Assembly (NCBI GenBank): GCA_001783065.1
Contig: MFQN01000003.1
Location: 15,314-79,313 of the forward strand
Length of the DNA stretch: 64,000 bases
Origin: Candidatus Magasanikbacteria bacterium RIFCSPLOWO2_12_FULL_43_12
GTDB taxonomy: Bacteria > Patescibacteriota > Patescibacteriia > Magasanikbacterales > UBA922
Direction of reading: 5' to 3'
Made by a program: the position numbers and the translations under genes. Below the pieces are notes generated by a model, which was not told the origin of the DNA, made no database searches, and saw nothing but the letters and a program-made list of their open reading frames with translations. Below are positions 16,876-25,035 of this stretch, in pieces. How positions within the stretch are numbered: the stretch's first letter is position 1; every line of letters starts with the position of its first letter.

Positions 16876-16963
16876 CGGAGAGCAATGGAGTCGAACCATA
16901 TTCGTCTTGCGACGAACCGACTACTTATCAGGTAACGTTCTGCGCCGGCAGAATTTACTCTCC
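16876..16963 (-). tRNA. atypical long (88 nt) tRNA-like gene: Ser/Sec-like architecture (9-bp acceptor with G discriminator, 6-bp D-stem/4-nt loop, long variable arm, 4-bp T-stem) but an Ile-type anticodon loop CTGATAA (GAT)
   Basis: Minus strand GGAGAGTAA A TTCTGC CGGC GCAGAA CG GTTAC CTGATAA GTAGT CGG TTCGTC GCAA GACGAA T ATGG TTCGACT CCAT TTGCTCTCC G. It shares the identical 15-mer ATGGTTCGACTCCAT with the element at 331-430. Folding was done by eye. Confidence 0.45.
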
Positions 16964-17009
16964 ATGCGCACCGCCAGCGATATTTTATCATAAAACAATA
17001 AAACAAAAC

Positions 17010-17030
17010 ACCCCTTTCGGGGGTTTTGTC
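17010..17030 (+). terminator. rho-independent terminator-like hairpin CCCCTTTCGGGGG + TTTTG
   Basis: cacccctttcgggggttttgtc; GC stem with a T-run on the plus strand, downstream of the membrane-protein gene. Confidence 0.5.
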
Positions 17031-17082
17031 GATTCGCGAAAACGAATACGGTTCGCTACCTGATAAGTACTCCAAATATATC

Positions 17083-18495
17083 ATGCTGCAAGAAATTTGT
17101 CAAGTTTTTTATCCACAACAGAACATGAACTTCAACCAAGCCTACAACTATATTCTTTCTCTTAATAATCTGCCGAGAAAAGAATACATGAGCGATCCGC
17201 GCCATTGCGGATGGTATTTGTTGCGTTTGCAATTCTTTTTAAATCTGATTGGAAATCCGGAACGCAAAATCCCCCACTATATTCACGTAACCGGCACATC
17301 AGGTAAGGGATCGGTAACCGCGTATCTGCATTCAATCCTGCAAGCTTCCGGCAAAACCGTCGGCTCAACCTATTCTCCGCACCCAACGATAATCACTGAA
17401 CGTTGGAAGGTCGGGAAACATTACATGACTAAAAAAGAGTTTGCCGATATCGTGGAATATCTAAAACCAAAACTGGATGAATACATCGCCAAAACGCCTT
17501 ATGATATGCTTTCTTTTTTTGAAGTTACCGAAGCGATCGGCTTGTTATTTTTCGTCCGCAAAAAAGTCAGCTGGGCGGTGATGGAAGTTGCTTGCGGCGG
17601 CCGGACAGACTCCAGCAATATCATTCCTTGGAAAGACGCGGCGATAATCACCAATATCGGCGTGGACCACATCGGCGTGCTTGGCAGAAACAAAGCGGAA
17701 ATCGCGTATGAAAAAGCGGGAATAATTAAGCGAGGCGCGCCAGTATTCACGATGGAGAAGGATGAGAAGATGTTGGAAATCATAAGAAAAGAATGCAAAA
17801 AAAATTCAGCCAAACTTTATCTCTCACATCCTACGCCCTACGCCCTACGCCCAACGACTGACATAGGACATATGGCATATGACGTAGGTAAGATGAAATT
17901 TAGTTATCAAAACGAAAATTATTCTATCCCTTGTCTCGGCGCTCACCAAATTCGTAACGCTATTCTCTGCATTGAGATTGCCCAACATTTAGGAATCAGC
18001 CGACAGTCTATAAAAAAAGGATTAAGCCGGGTTCAACAGCCGTTGCGAATGGAAGTTGTTTCTAAAAATCCGCTAATAATTCTTGATGGAGCGCATAATC
18101 CGGATAAGATGCGGACGACGGTAGATACACTTCATCACTTCATCACTTCATCACTTCATCACAGCGACACGAGACGCAATGTCAATTTACTGGTTGGTTT
18201 TTCCGGCGACAAAAACGTGGCAAAAATGATAAAACAACTTGTTTCCCTAAAACCCAAAACAATCGCGGTGACACGCAACACTACCAACCCGTTCCGCAAA
18301 GTGGCTGACCCGCAATCCACAAGCAAACAATTCAAAAAACTTTTACCGAAAACGAAAATCAAAATTTTTCTTGATCCTAAAACCGCGTTAGCTTGGTCAA
18401 AAAAACAAACAAAAAAAGACGAAATATTGCTCGTTACCGGCTCAATATTTGTAAGCGGAGAACTCCGCCCTCAATTTAAAGTGAAAAAGAAATAA
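17083..18495 (+). CDS. folC: folylpolyglutamate synthase/dihydrofolate synthase FolC (Mur-ligase family)
   Basis: P-loop ...IHVTGTSGKGSVTAYL...; Mur-ligase middle and C-terminal regions. The ORF-track start at 17026 overlaps the terminator hairpin, so an internal ATG (17083 or 17125) is more likely. Carries two in-frame tandem-repeat insertions. Confidence 0.8.
   Translation: MLQEICQVFYPQQNMNFNQAYNYILSLNNLPRKEYMSDPRHCGWYLLRLQFFLNLIGNPERKIPHYIHVTGTSGKGSVTAYLHSILQASGKTVGSTYSPHPTIITERWKVGKHYMTKKEFADIVEYLKPKLDEYIAKTPYDMLSFFEVTEAIGLLFFVRKKVSWAVMEVACGGRTDSSNIIPWKDAAIITNIGVDHIGVLGRNKAEIAYEKAGIIKRGAPVFTMEKDEKMLEIIRKECKKNSAKLYLSHPTPYALRPTTDIGHMAYDVGKMKFSYQNENYSIPCLGAHQIRNAILCIEIAQHLGISRQSIKKGLSRVQQPLRMEVVSKNPLIILDGAHNPDKMRTTVDTLHHFITSSLHHSDTRRNVNLLVGFSGDKNVAKMIKQLVSLKPKTIAVTRNTTNPFRKVADPQSTSKQFKKLLPKTKIKIFLDPKTALAWSKKQTKKDEILLVTGSIFVSGELRPQFKVKKK
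17830..17852. repeat. tandem heptamer (CTACGCC)x3 in frame in folC
   Basis: cctacgccctacgccctacgccc, encoding ...PTPYALRPT... Confidence 0.8.
18129..18161. repeat. tandem octamer (CTTCATCA)x4 in frame in folC
   Basis: cacttcatcacttcatcacttcatcacttcatcaca, encoding ...LHHFITSSLHHS... Confidence 0.8.
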
Positions 18496-18594
18496 AAACG
18501 AATCAATATTTGACACTTTCGTAAATGTTGTATATCATTAAAGACAATTTCGCAGTTCGTAATTTCGTATCCGGTTCGTAAGTTCGCACATATT

Positions 18595-20898
18595 ATGAAA
18601 ACCCTCGTCATCGTAGAATCCCCCACCAAGGCCAAAACCATCACAAAATTTTTAAATAAGGACTTCGTCGTGGAGTCCTCTTTTGGTCATGTGCGCGATC
18701 TGCCGGCGAGTGAGATGGGCGTGAATACGGAAGATGGGAGTTTTGAACCAAAATACATCGTAGCCAGAAAAAAAGCGCCGACCGTAAAAAAACTGAAAGA
18801 ACTGGCGAAAAAAAGTGATGAGATTATCTTTGCTACTGATGAGGATCGCGAAGGTGAGGCTATTTCTTGGCATTTGGCAAAACTGTTAGGCGTCGAACCG
18901 CAAGATGCCAAACGGATCGCGTTTCACGAAATCACCAAACACGCGATTGACGAAGCATTAAAAAATCCTCGCGCCATTGACCAAAAATTAGTTGACGCCC
19001 AGCAAGCGCGCCGAATTTTAGACAGATTGGTCGGTTATGAACTATCCCCTCTCTTGTGGAAAAAAGTCGCTAAGGGCTTGTCCGCCGGCCGCGTCCAATC
19101 AGTCGCAGTGCGCTTAATTGTGGAGCGCGAACGAGAGATAAAAGCGTTTGTCCCGCAGGAATATTGGAGTGTCATTGGTTTATTCGCTCCTACATCCTAT
19201 GTCCTAAGTCCTATATCTGCAGAACTACACTCAATCAACGGCAAAAAATTAGACAAACTTGATCTCAAAACAAAGGAACAAATTGACAATATCCTCGCGG
19301 ATTTGAAAAACGCGGAATATAAAATTTCTGACATTAAAAAATCAGAACAAAAACGCACCCCGCCTCCGCCGTTCACAACTTCAACCTTGCAACAAGCGTC
19401 AAACCAAAAATTAGGATATTCCGCCAAACAAACTATGCGTCTGGCGCAACAGCTTTATGAGGGTGTGGAATTAGGATCCGATGGTTCGGTAGGTTTAATC
19501 ACTTACATGCGCACTGACGCGGTGAATTTGTCGGAAAAATTTTTGACTGAAGCGCGCGCTTTAATCCGAAAAGACTTCGGCGATAAATACTCTCTGCCAA
19601 AACCCAGATTTTATCAAAACAAATCCAAGGGCGCGCAAGAAGCGCACGAAGCAATTCGCCCAGCTGACGCGAGCCGCACGCCGGAATCAGTCGCGTCGCA
19701 TTTAGACCCGCAACAATTAAAACTTTATACTCTGATTTGGAAACGCGCGGTCGCCACGCAAATGAGCGAGGCGAAATTGGATAAGACAACCGTAGACATC
19801 GTCAATCTGAAGTCCGAAGTCCGAAGTCCGAAGTCCGCTTACACCTTCCGCGCTAATGGTCAAACGGTTGCTTTTGACGGCTGGTTAAAACTTTATCCGG
19901 AAAGCGTAAAAGAAGAAATGCTGCCGGAATTAACAATCAACGAACCGATGGACTGCAAAGAATTAAAGCCGGAGCAACATTTTACCGAACCGCCGGCGCG
20001 TTATTCTGACGCGACTTTGGTTAAAATAATGGAAGAATATGGTATCGGCCGACCTTCCACTTACGCGCCGACGATTGCCACGATTGAAGATCGCGGTTAT
20101 GTGGAACGCGATGAAAATAAAAAATTAAAACCCAGCGATATAGCGTTTGTGGTTAATGATTTGCTGGTGGAACATTTTAAAAACATTGTTGATTACCAAT
20201 TCACCGCGGAAATGGAAGAAACGTTGGATAAAATCGCCGAAGGCGCGGTTGAATGGCGGCCGATGATTAAAAATTTCTATGGCCCTTTCCACGAAAGCAT
20301 TGTCGCTAAATCCTCTGAACTGCAAAAATCCGCCACGGTTGGCATGCATGAACTCGGTCATGATCCAACCACCAATCTGCCAATATTCGTGCGCCTCGGA
20401 CGCTTTGGTCCATACGCGCAATTGGGCGAAGGCGGCGGTGATGACAAACCGCGCTTCGCGCCGTTTAGACCGGGTCAAACATTGGACACCATCACCCTGG
20501 AAGACGCGGTGAAACTTTTCACTTTGCCGCGCGACTTAGGGCTGAGTGAAACCGGAGAAAAAATTACTGTCAGCACCGGACGTTATGGACCGTATGTTAA
20601 ATGCGGAGAAAAATTTTATTCGCTTAAAAACATTGACCCGTTTGAAATAACTTTGGAACAAGCGCTGGTAGTGATTAAAGAAAAAAACGAAGCGGAAGCG
20701 AATAAAATTATCAAAACTTTTCCTGATTCTGAAATCCAAATTCTCCACGGGCGGTACGGACCATACATAACTGACGGCAAAAAAAACGGCCGCATTCCAA
20801 AAGATACCGAACCTTCTAGTCTTGAACTATCACAATGCCAAGAAATTCTGGCCAACGCGAAAGAGAAAAGACCGCGGAGAGGCAAAACTAAAAAATAA
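18595..20898 (+). CDS. topA: DNA topoisomerase I
   Basis: Toprim N-terminus MKTLVIVESPTKAKTI...; ...EDREGEAISWHL...; active-site region ...GLITYMRTD...; C-terminal repeats with GRYGPY motifs; 767 aa. Confidence 0.9.
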   Translation: MKTLVIVESPTKAKTITKFLNKDFVVESSFGHVRDLPASEMGVNTEDGSFEPKYIVARKKAPTVKKLKELAKKSDEIIFATDEDREGEAISWHLAKLLGVEPQDAKRIAFHEITKHAIDEALKNPRAIDQKLVDAQQARRILDRLVGYELSPLLWKKVAKGLSAGRVQSVAVRLIVEREREIKAFVPQEYWSVIGLFAPTSYVLSPISAELHSINGKKLDKLDLKTKEQIDNILADLKNAEYKISDIKKSEQKRTPPPPFTTSTLQQASNQKLGYSAKQTMRLAQQLYEGVELGSDGSVGLITYMRTDAVNLSEKFLTEARALIRKDFGDKYSLPKPRFYQNKSKGAQEAHEAIRPADASRTPESVASHLDPQQLKLYTLIWKRAVATQMSEAKLDKTTVDIVNLKSEVRSPKSAYTFRANGQTVAFDGWLKLYPESVKEEMLPELTINEPMDCKELKPEQHFTEPPARYSDATLVKIMEEYGIGRPSTYAPTIATIEDRGYVERDENKKLKPSDIAFVVNDLLVEHFKNIVDYQFTAEMEETLDKIAEGAVEWRPMIKNFYGPFHESIVAKSSELQKSATVGMHELGHDPTTNLPIFVRLGRFGPYAQLGEGGGDDKPRFAPFRPGQTLDTITLEDAVKLFTLPRDLGLSETGEKITVSTGRYGPYVKCGEKFYSLKNIDPFEITLEQALVVIKEKNEAEANKIIKTFPDSEIQILHGRYGPYITDGKKNGRIPKDTEPSSLELSQCQEILANAKEKRPRRGKTKK
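19807..19831. repeat. tandem heptamer (GAAGTCC)x3+ in frame in topA
   Basis: ctgaagtccgaagtccgaagtccgc, encoding ...LKSEVRSPKSA... A second degenerate TCCTAYR repeat lies at 19190-19220. Confidence 0.8.
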
Positions 20899-20902
20899 AC
20901 GA

Positions 20903-20929
20903 AATATCCTCGGTAAAACCGAGGATATT
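20903..20929 (+). terminator. topA terminator hairpin AATATCCTCGG-TAAAA-CCGAGGATATT
   Basis: Perfect 11-bp inverted repeat 5 nt after the topA stop, followed by a T-rich tail. Confidence 0.6.
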
Positions 20930-21217
20930 TATAAAGCTGTTTGATGGGAGCAAGCTCCCAATACTGTATCCAAAAGGGCGTGTCTTAGAAATAAACGAGC
21001 CGAAGCCTGCAATACCCTAGAACACACCCTCCATGCTTGTCTGGATACAGATGGTTATCCGTTTTCAAAAACCGGATGATCATCTAAATCCACAATTTTT
21101 GTTTTAACAACGAATGACATACTATATCACACTTTGACTGTTTTGTCAAGCCCCACCTGTGGAAAACCACAATTTCTTGGCTAAAATAACACAAAAACAG
21201 CTGGGTAATATTAAAAA

Positions 21218-21312
21218 ATCCCCTCCCCTTTTAGGGGAGGGTTAGGGTGGGGTCTCTCGTCTTCACTCAACCACAACAACCCCCTCCTCGCCTCCCCCTA
21301 CAAGGGGGAGGG
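21218..21312. repeat. GC-rich palindromic element, copy 4 (two hairpins); the distal one supplies the C-terminal codons and stop of the VanW-domain gene
   Basis: CCCCTCCCCTTTTAGGGGAGGG TTAGGGTGGGGTCTCTCG ... CCTCCCCCTACAAGGGGGAGG; the latter encodes ...SLPLVGGGEEGVVVVE*. Confidence 0.75.
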
Positions 21313-23239
21313 ATGTGTCAACATTCACCTCATCTGCCTTCTTTTCTTCCACCCCCACCAAACAAATCTTCGGCAAGGCGCGGTAATGGCTTTCAAAAAT
21401 TGTCTCTTCTTTCTTTCGGCCATTGACGAACTCGCGAGTGTAGGTAAAAGAAGCGTCCGCGCCCTTGAACGCGTTCTGACACTCCTTCTCTCCTGGTTTT
21501 AATTTTGTTGTCTCAATTTCTTTCGGCTCACCATAAGGAATCCAACGCTTAACCACTGGTTTGGAATAATATCCCTTCCGGCCATCATTCGTCCCCCACA
21601 GATAAAACCTTAATTCACCGGTGGACGTATCCATTTCCGTTTGAATCAAAACATAATTCGCCGTGTCATTTCGAAAACGGAAATCCGGCTTGGGGTCATA
21701 AAACGTAGCGTCGGTGCCGGGATTCTTATTACTCGGATCATTATAATAACTCACGACTAATGAATGATTACGCCGTTCTACGATTTCCATGCCCGCGTTC
21801 ATCGCCATTCGGAACAGCGTGGTGCCGATCTGACACAACCCGCCGCCGATCTCCGGCTTAATCTCGTCGCCTTTAATCACTTTTTCAGGCAGATACCCGC
21901 CTTCCAAAGTAAAAGGCTGGGTATATTGTATGGCGGAAAAAATTTCTCCGGGTTTTATCAAAATGCCATTCAATTTTTTAACCGCGTTGGCGATATTTTT
22001 AATGCGATTAATCGGACTGCCGGAATAATTTGATATGCCGACGCCTAAAATTTCTTTTATTCCCAAATTATTGACGTCGCCGGTTTTGACATTGGGTTCA
22101 ACTTTTTCCACCACCGCGGCCACGGCAGTGGCCACGCCTTCATCGTGCCGCGTGCGCTCAATCAGCGCCTCGTTGATTGCCAAATAAGTTTTTTCCAAAT
22201 CTAATTTAATTCCGGGACGAGAGCCTTGAAATTCTTCTGTTTTGCCTTCAACACCAATTTTGAATTTAGCGTCTTGCGCTTCAACATTAACGCTCGGTTC
22301 TACTTTTTTGGTTAAAAAATCTACCACTGATTCTCGCTTCAAACCGAAAACAAAACCTTCGTCTGCCGCCTTTTGCGCCTCCACCCAATCGGCAATCTGA
22401 CCCAAACTAATCTGCCAATCATACTTCAAACCAGTATGCGGGTCTTGGTAACTCAAACTGACCGGGCCGTGAGCAAAAACGCTTGACAAACGATTTTCAA
22501 TGCTTTTCACGTCTATTTCAAAAATTTCCGGCTGTCCATTTTTAATGGAAATAGATACTTGTGCCAACTGTAAATTGGACCAAAGCCGATACACCTCGCT
22601 TACAGCGCCGTCATAATCAAAAACAACGCCCGCTTTTGCCGGCAAAATTTCATATTGTAAAGGATCTAATGATTTAATTTTAATTTCCGCGTTACGCGGC
22701 AAAGATTCATAAACGGAAATTTTGTTTTTAATCTTCTCTAATAACCGCGCCTCATCAACGCGCACCGTCTTCAATTCATATCTTGTTTCCCGCAGACCAG
22801 ACAGCAAAGCCGACACTCCCCATGATAGCAAATTGCGATCCTTGCCTATCAGATAATCCGCCTCTTTCTCAACTTCCATCTCTATCACATCCGGCAAAGC
22901 GCTGTCGCCAACCACCTCCGGATAAATCACCGTTGTTTCCTGTCGCCCATCCACTTCGTAACTAAACCACAGACCTTCATTGGCCATCTTGTCATTCATG
23001 TCTGACAAAAAAGCGACGACCTCGTTGCGGTCAAGGCCGGCCAAAGGCGCGTCGCCAATATATACTCCGGGCAAAACTTCACCACGAAAAGATGCTCCGT
23101 AAACAGCCAACGCGGACGCGCCAAGTATTATTATAATCACCGGCAGTCCCAAAACCAATAATAAAAATCTCCGCTTTGATTTCTCTATCGGTTTTTTTTC
23201 TGTTTTTTCTTCCAGAAAGTCCAACGACATATCATTCAT
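21263..23239 (-). CDS. VanW-domain protein with an N-terminal TM anchor
   Basis: C-terminal region ...GGGLCQIGTTLFRMAMNAGMEIVERRNHSLVVSYY... matches the VanW family signature. N-terminal TM helix LLLVLGLPVIIIILGASALAV. 658 aa. Confidence 0.75.
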   Translation of the reverse strand: MNDMSLDFLEEKTEKKPIEKSKRRFLLLVLGLPVIIIILGASALAVYGASFRGEVLPGVYIGDAPLAGLDRNEVVAFLSDMNDKMANEGLWFSYEVDGRQETTVIYPEVVGDSALPDVIEMEVEKEADYLIGKDRNLLSWGVSALLSGLRETRYELKTVRVDEARLLEKIKNKISVYESLPRNAEIKIKSLDPLQYEILPAKAGVVFDYDGAVSEVYRLWSNLQLAQVSISIKNGQPEIFEIDVKSIENRLSSVFAHGPVSLSYQDPHTGLKYDWQISLGQIADWVEAQKAADEGFVFGLKRESVVDFLTKKVEPSVNVEAQDAKFKIGVEGKTEEFQGSRPGIKLDLEKTYLAINEALIERTRHDEGVATAVAAVVEKVEPNVKTGDVNNLGIKEILGVGISNYSGSPINRIKNIANAVKKLNGILIKPGEIFSAIQYTQPFTLEGGYLPEKVIKGDEIKPEIGGGLCQIGTTLFRMAMNAGMEIVERRNHSLVVSYYNDPSNKNPGTDATFYDPKPDFRFRNDTANYVLIQTEMDTSTGELRFYLWGTNDGRKGYYSKPVVKRWIPYGEPKEIETTKLKPGEKECQNAFKGADASFTYTREFVNGRKKEETIFESHYRALPKICLVGVEEKKADEVNVDTSLPLVGGGEEGVVVVE

Positions 23240-23696
23240 CCTCTATCATCACCGGAATTTTTGTGTCAACTCTTTGTTTTAAAAGCCGGATGATTAAAAC
23301 GCCATTGCGGTATTCCGCGCGCGCGGAATCAGGTTTAACATCAACCGGCAAAACAATCGTGCGCGAAAATTTTCCCCAAAAACATTCTTGGTGGAAATAA
23401 TCGGCATCACCGGCTTCAGCCAAAGGCGAAACTCGCTGGCCGCGGATCGTTAACAAATCATTGTGCAAATAAACTTCAATCTTGTCAGTCGCCGCGCCGG
23501 CCATAGTGGAGACGATGATTATTTCTCTTTCGGTTTGAGCGACATCAACTGACAATTGTCCGTCTTGATGCTCTTCATGCCAATTTTCCGGCAACAAAAA
23601 ATCAGACGGCCGCGCGCTGGCCATGGCGTTCTCACCCGCTGTTTTCAAAATCATTTCAAACACCGGATTGGAATATATTTTCTGACCGGTATTCAT
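23232..23696 (-). CDS. Hsp20/alpha-crystallin family small heat-shock protein
   Basis: ...DVAQTEREIIIVSTMAGAATDKIEVYLHNDLLTIRGQR...FSRTIVLPVDVKPDSARAEYRNGVLIIRL... is the typical ACD pattern; 154 aa. Confidence 0.8.
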   Translation of the reverse strand: MNTGQKIYSNPVFEMILKTAGENAMASARPSDFLLPENWHEEHQDGQLSVDVAQTEREIIIVSTMAGAATDKIEVYLHNDLLTIRGQRVSPLAEAGDADYFHQECFWGKFSRTIVLPVDVKPDSARAEYRNGVLIIRLLKQRVDTKIPVMIEDE

Positions 23697-23787
23697 ACCT
23701 AAGTATTATACCAGATTTCTAAAAAGAAAAATACGCCAAGCGTTTCAAAATCTGTGTAATCTGTATAAATCAGTCTAAATCAATGCT

Positions 23788-25035
23788 CTAAAACCTCTCA
23801 ACATTCTCCTCCACATAATTCCACAACTCCCGCGCGACATTACTTGGTTCGCCGGCCAGCGGCTCGTGATGCAAATCAATGAACGGCGTGCCGTTGCACT
23901 CTATAATCCCCCACTTTTGTCCTTGTGGAGGAATAGTAACATCTTTAATAATAAAATCAAAACCCACCAGCGGATCGTCCACGACTGCGGCCGCTTGTTC
24001 CATTACGTTTTTTATCTCCGGATGTGTTTCTTTGATTACTTCGGCGCGGAAACCGCCGTAACTCACGCCGATTTTTTCCAAAAGGTCAATTATTTCTCCG
24101 CCGGTTGGTACACTATTCAATGCCCAGCCTCTGCGACTCAAAAAACTAAGATGTTGATTATCAATTATAACCTCGCTGACAAGATGATGCCGAGTTTTAT
24201 TTTTAATATCAATAAGTTCCGCGATGGTATGAACGCCGTCGCCGACGACTCGCGGCGGATCTCCCCGCAAAAGACCGGCCAGCTTACCGTTAATTAATGT
24301 CGCGCGATAAACGCTTCCCTCCAAATGTTCCTCCATTATCACCCAATGACACAGTTGTTTGGCAATTTTAAACGCTTGCTTTAATTCTTCTACTGTAAAA
24401 ACATTGGTGGTGGTGTGCCGGCCGCGCGAACCCAGTCGCGGTTTTATGATCACCGGTTTATCAAGCTGACGGAACATCTCCAGTATTTTATCCCAGCGAG
24501 AAAATGAACCTCCGCGCGCGACCGGCAAATCTGCTTGTTGTAATTTTTTCTTCAGCAATTCTTTATCATCCAACCACAGCTCTGAACCGCTGTCAGTCCT
24601 TATCGGCCGCGGCAAGCCGTTAAAATAAATCCGCTTGTTGCGAACCACGGCTTGATACACGTCAACCGAACGTCCGCAGACAATAAAATTTCCCATCAAA
24701 ATACCGCGCCTGATCGCTTCCTGCCAAAACACCTTGCCGCGTTCGCAAACAACGCGCGTGATATTAGCATTCGGTTTAGCAACGCCGAAAAGTTTAAGTA
24801 CATAAATACTGCCGATAAAAAATTTGTGAGCCAATCTTGATAATAACGAATAGACCCAGCCGCGGATAATTATTCTATCCAACGGATTCAAAAATACTTG
24901 CGCGGTTTCCGCGAGCCATGCGGGAAAATGCGGAGTCGGATTGTTCCCGCACGCTTGACAGTTTTTTTTAGACAAACAGGGTTGGCTCATAGGAAAATTT
25001 TGGCGGCAAAATATTCGTTGCCTTGCCATAAACAA
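23788..25035 (-). CDS. ATP-grasp domain protein (RimK/cyanophycin-synthetase-like ligase), start uncertain
   Basis: ...KPVIIKPRLGSRGRHTTTNVFTVEELKQAF..., ...GSVYRATLINGKLAGLLRGDPP..., ...WGIIECNGTPFIDLHH... resemble ATP-grasp nucleotide-binding elements. 415 aa; overlaps the upstream ORF by 68 nt. Confidence 0.55.
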   Translation of the reverse strand: MFMARQRIFCRQNFPMSQPCLSKKNCQACGNNPTPHFPAWLAETAQVFLNPLDRIIIRGWVYSLLSRLAHKFFIGSIYVLKLFGVAKPNANITRVVCERGKVFWQEAIRRGILMGNFIVCGRSVDVYQAVVRNKRIYFNGLPRPIRTDSGSELWLDDKELLKKKLQQADLPVARGGSFSRWDKILEMFRQLDKPVIIKPRLGSRGRHTTTNVFTVEELKQAFKIAKQLCHWVIMEEHLEGSVYRATLINGKLAGLLRGDPPRVVGDGVHTIAELIDIKNKTRHHLVSEVIIDNQHLSFLSRRGWALNSVPTGGEIIDLLEKIGVSYGGFRAEVIKETHPEIKNVMEQAAAVVDDPLVGFDFIIKDVTIPPQGQKWGIIECNGTPFIDLHHEPLAGEPSNVARELWNYVEENVERF

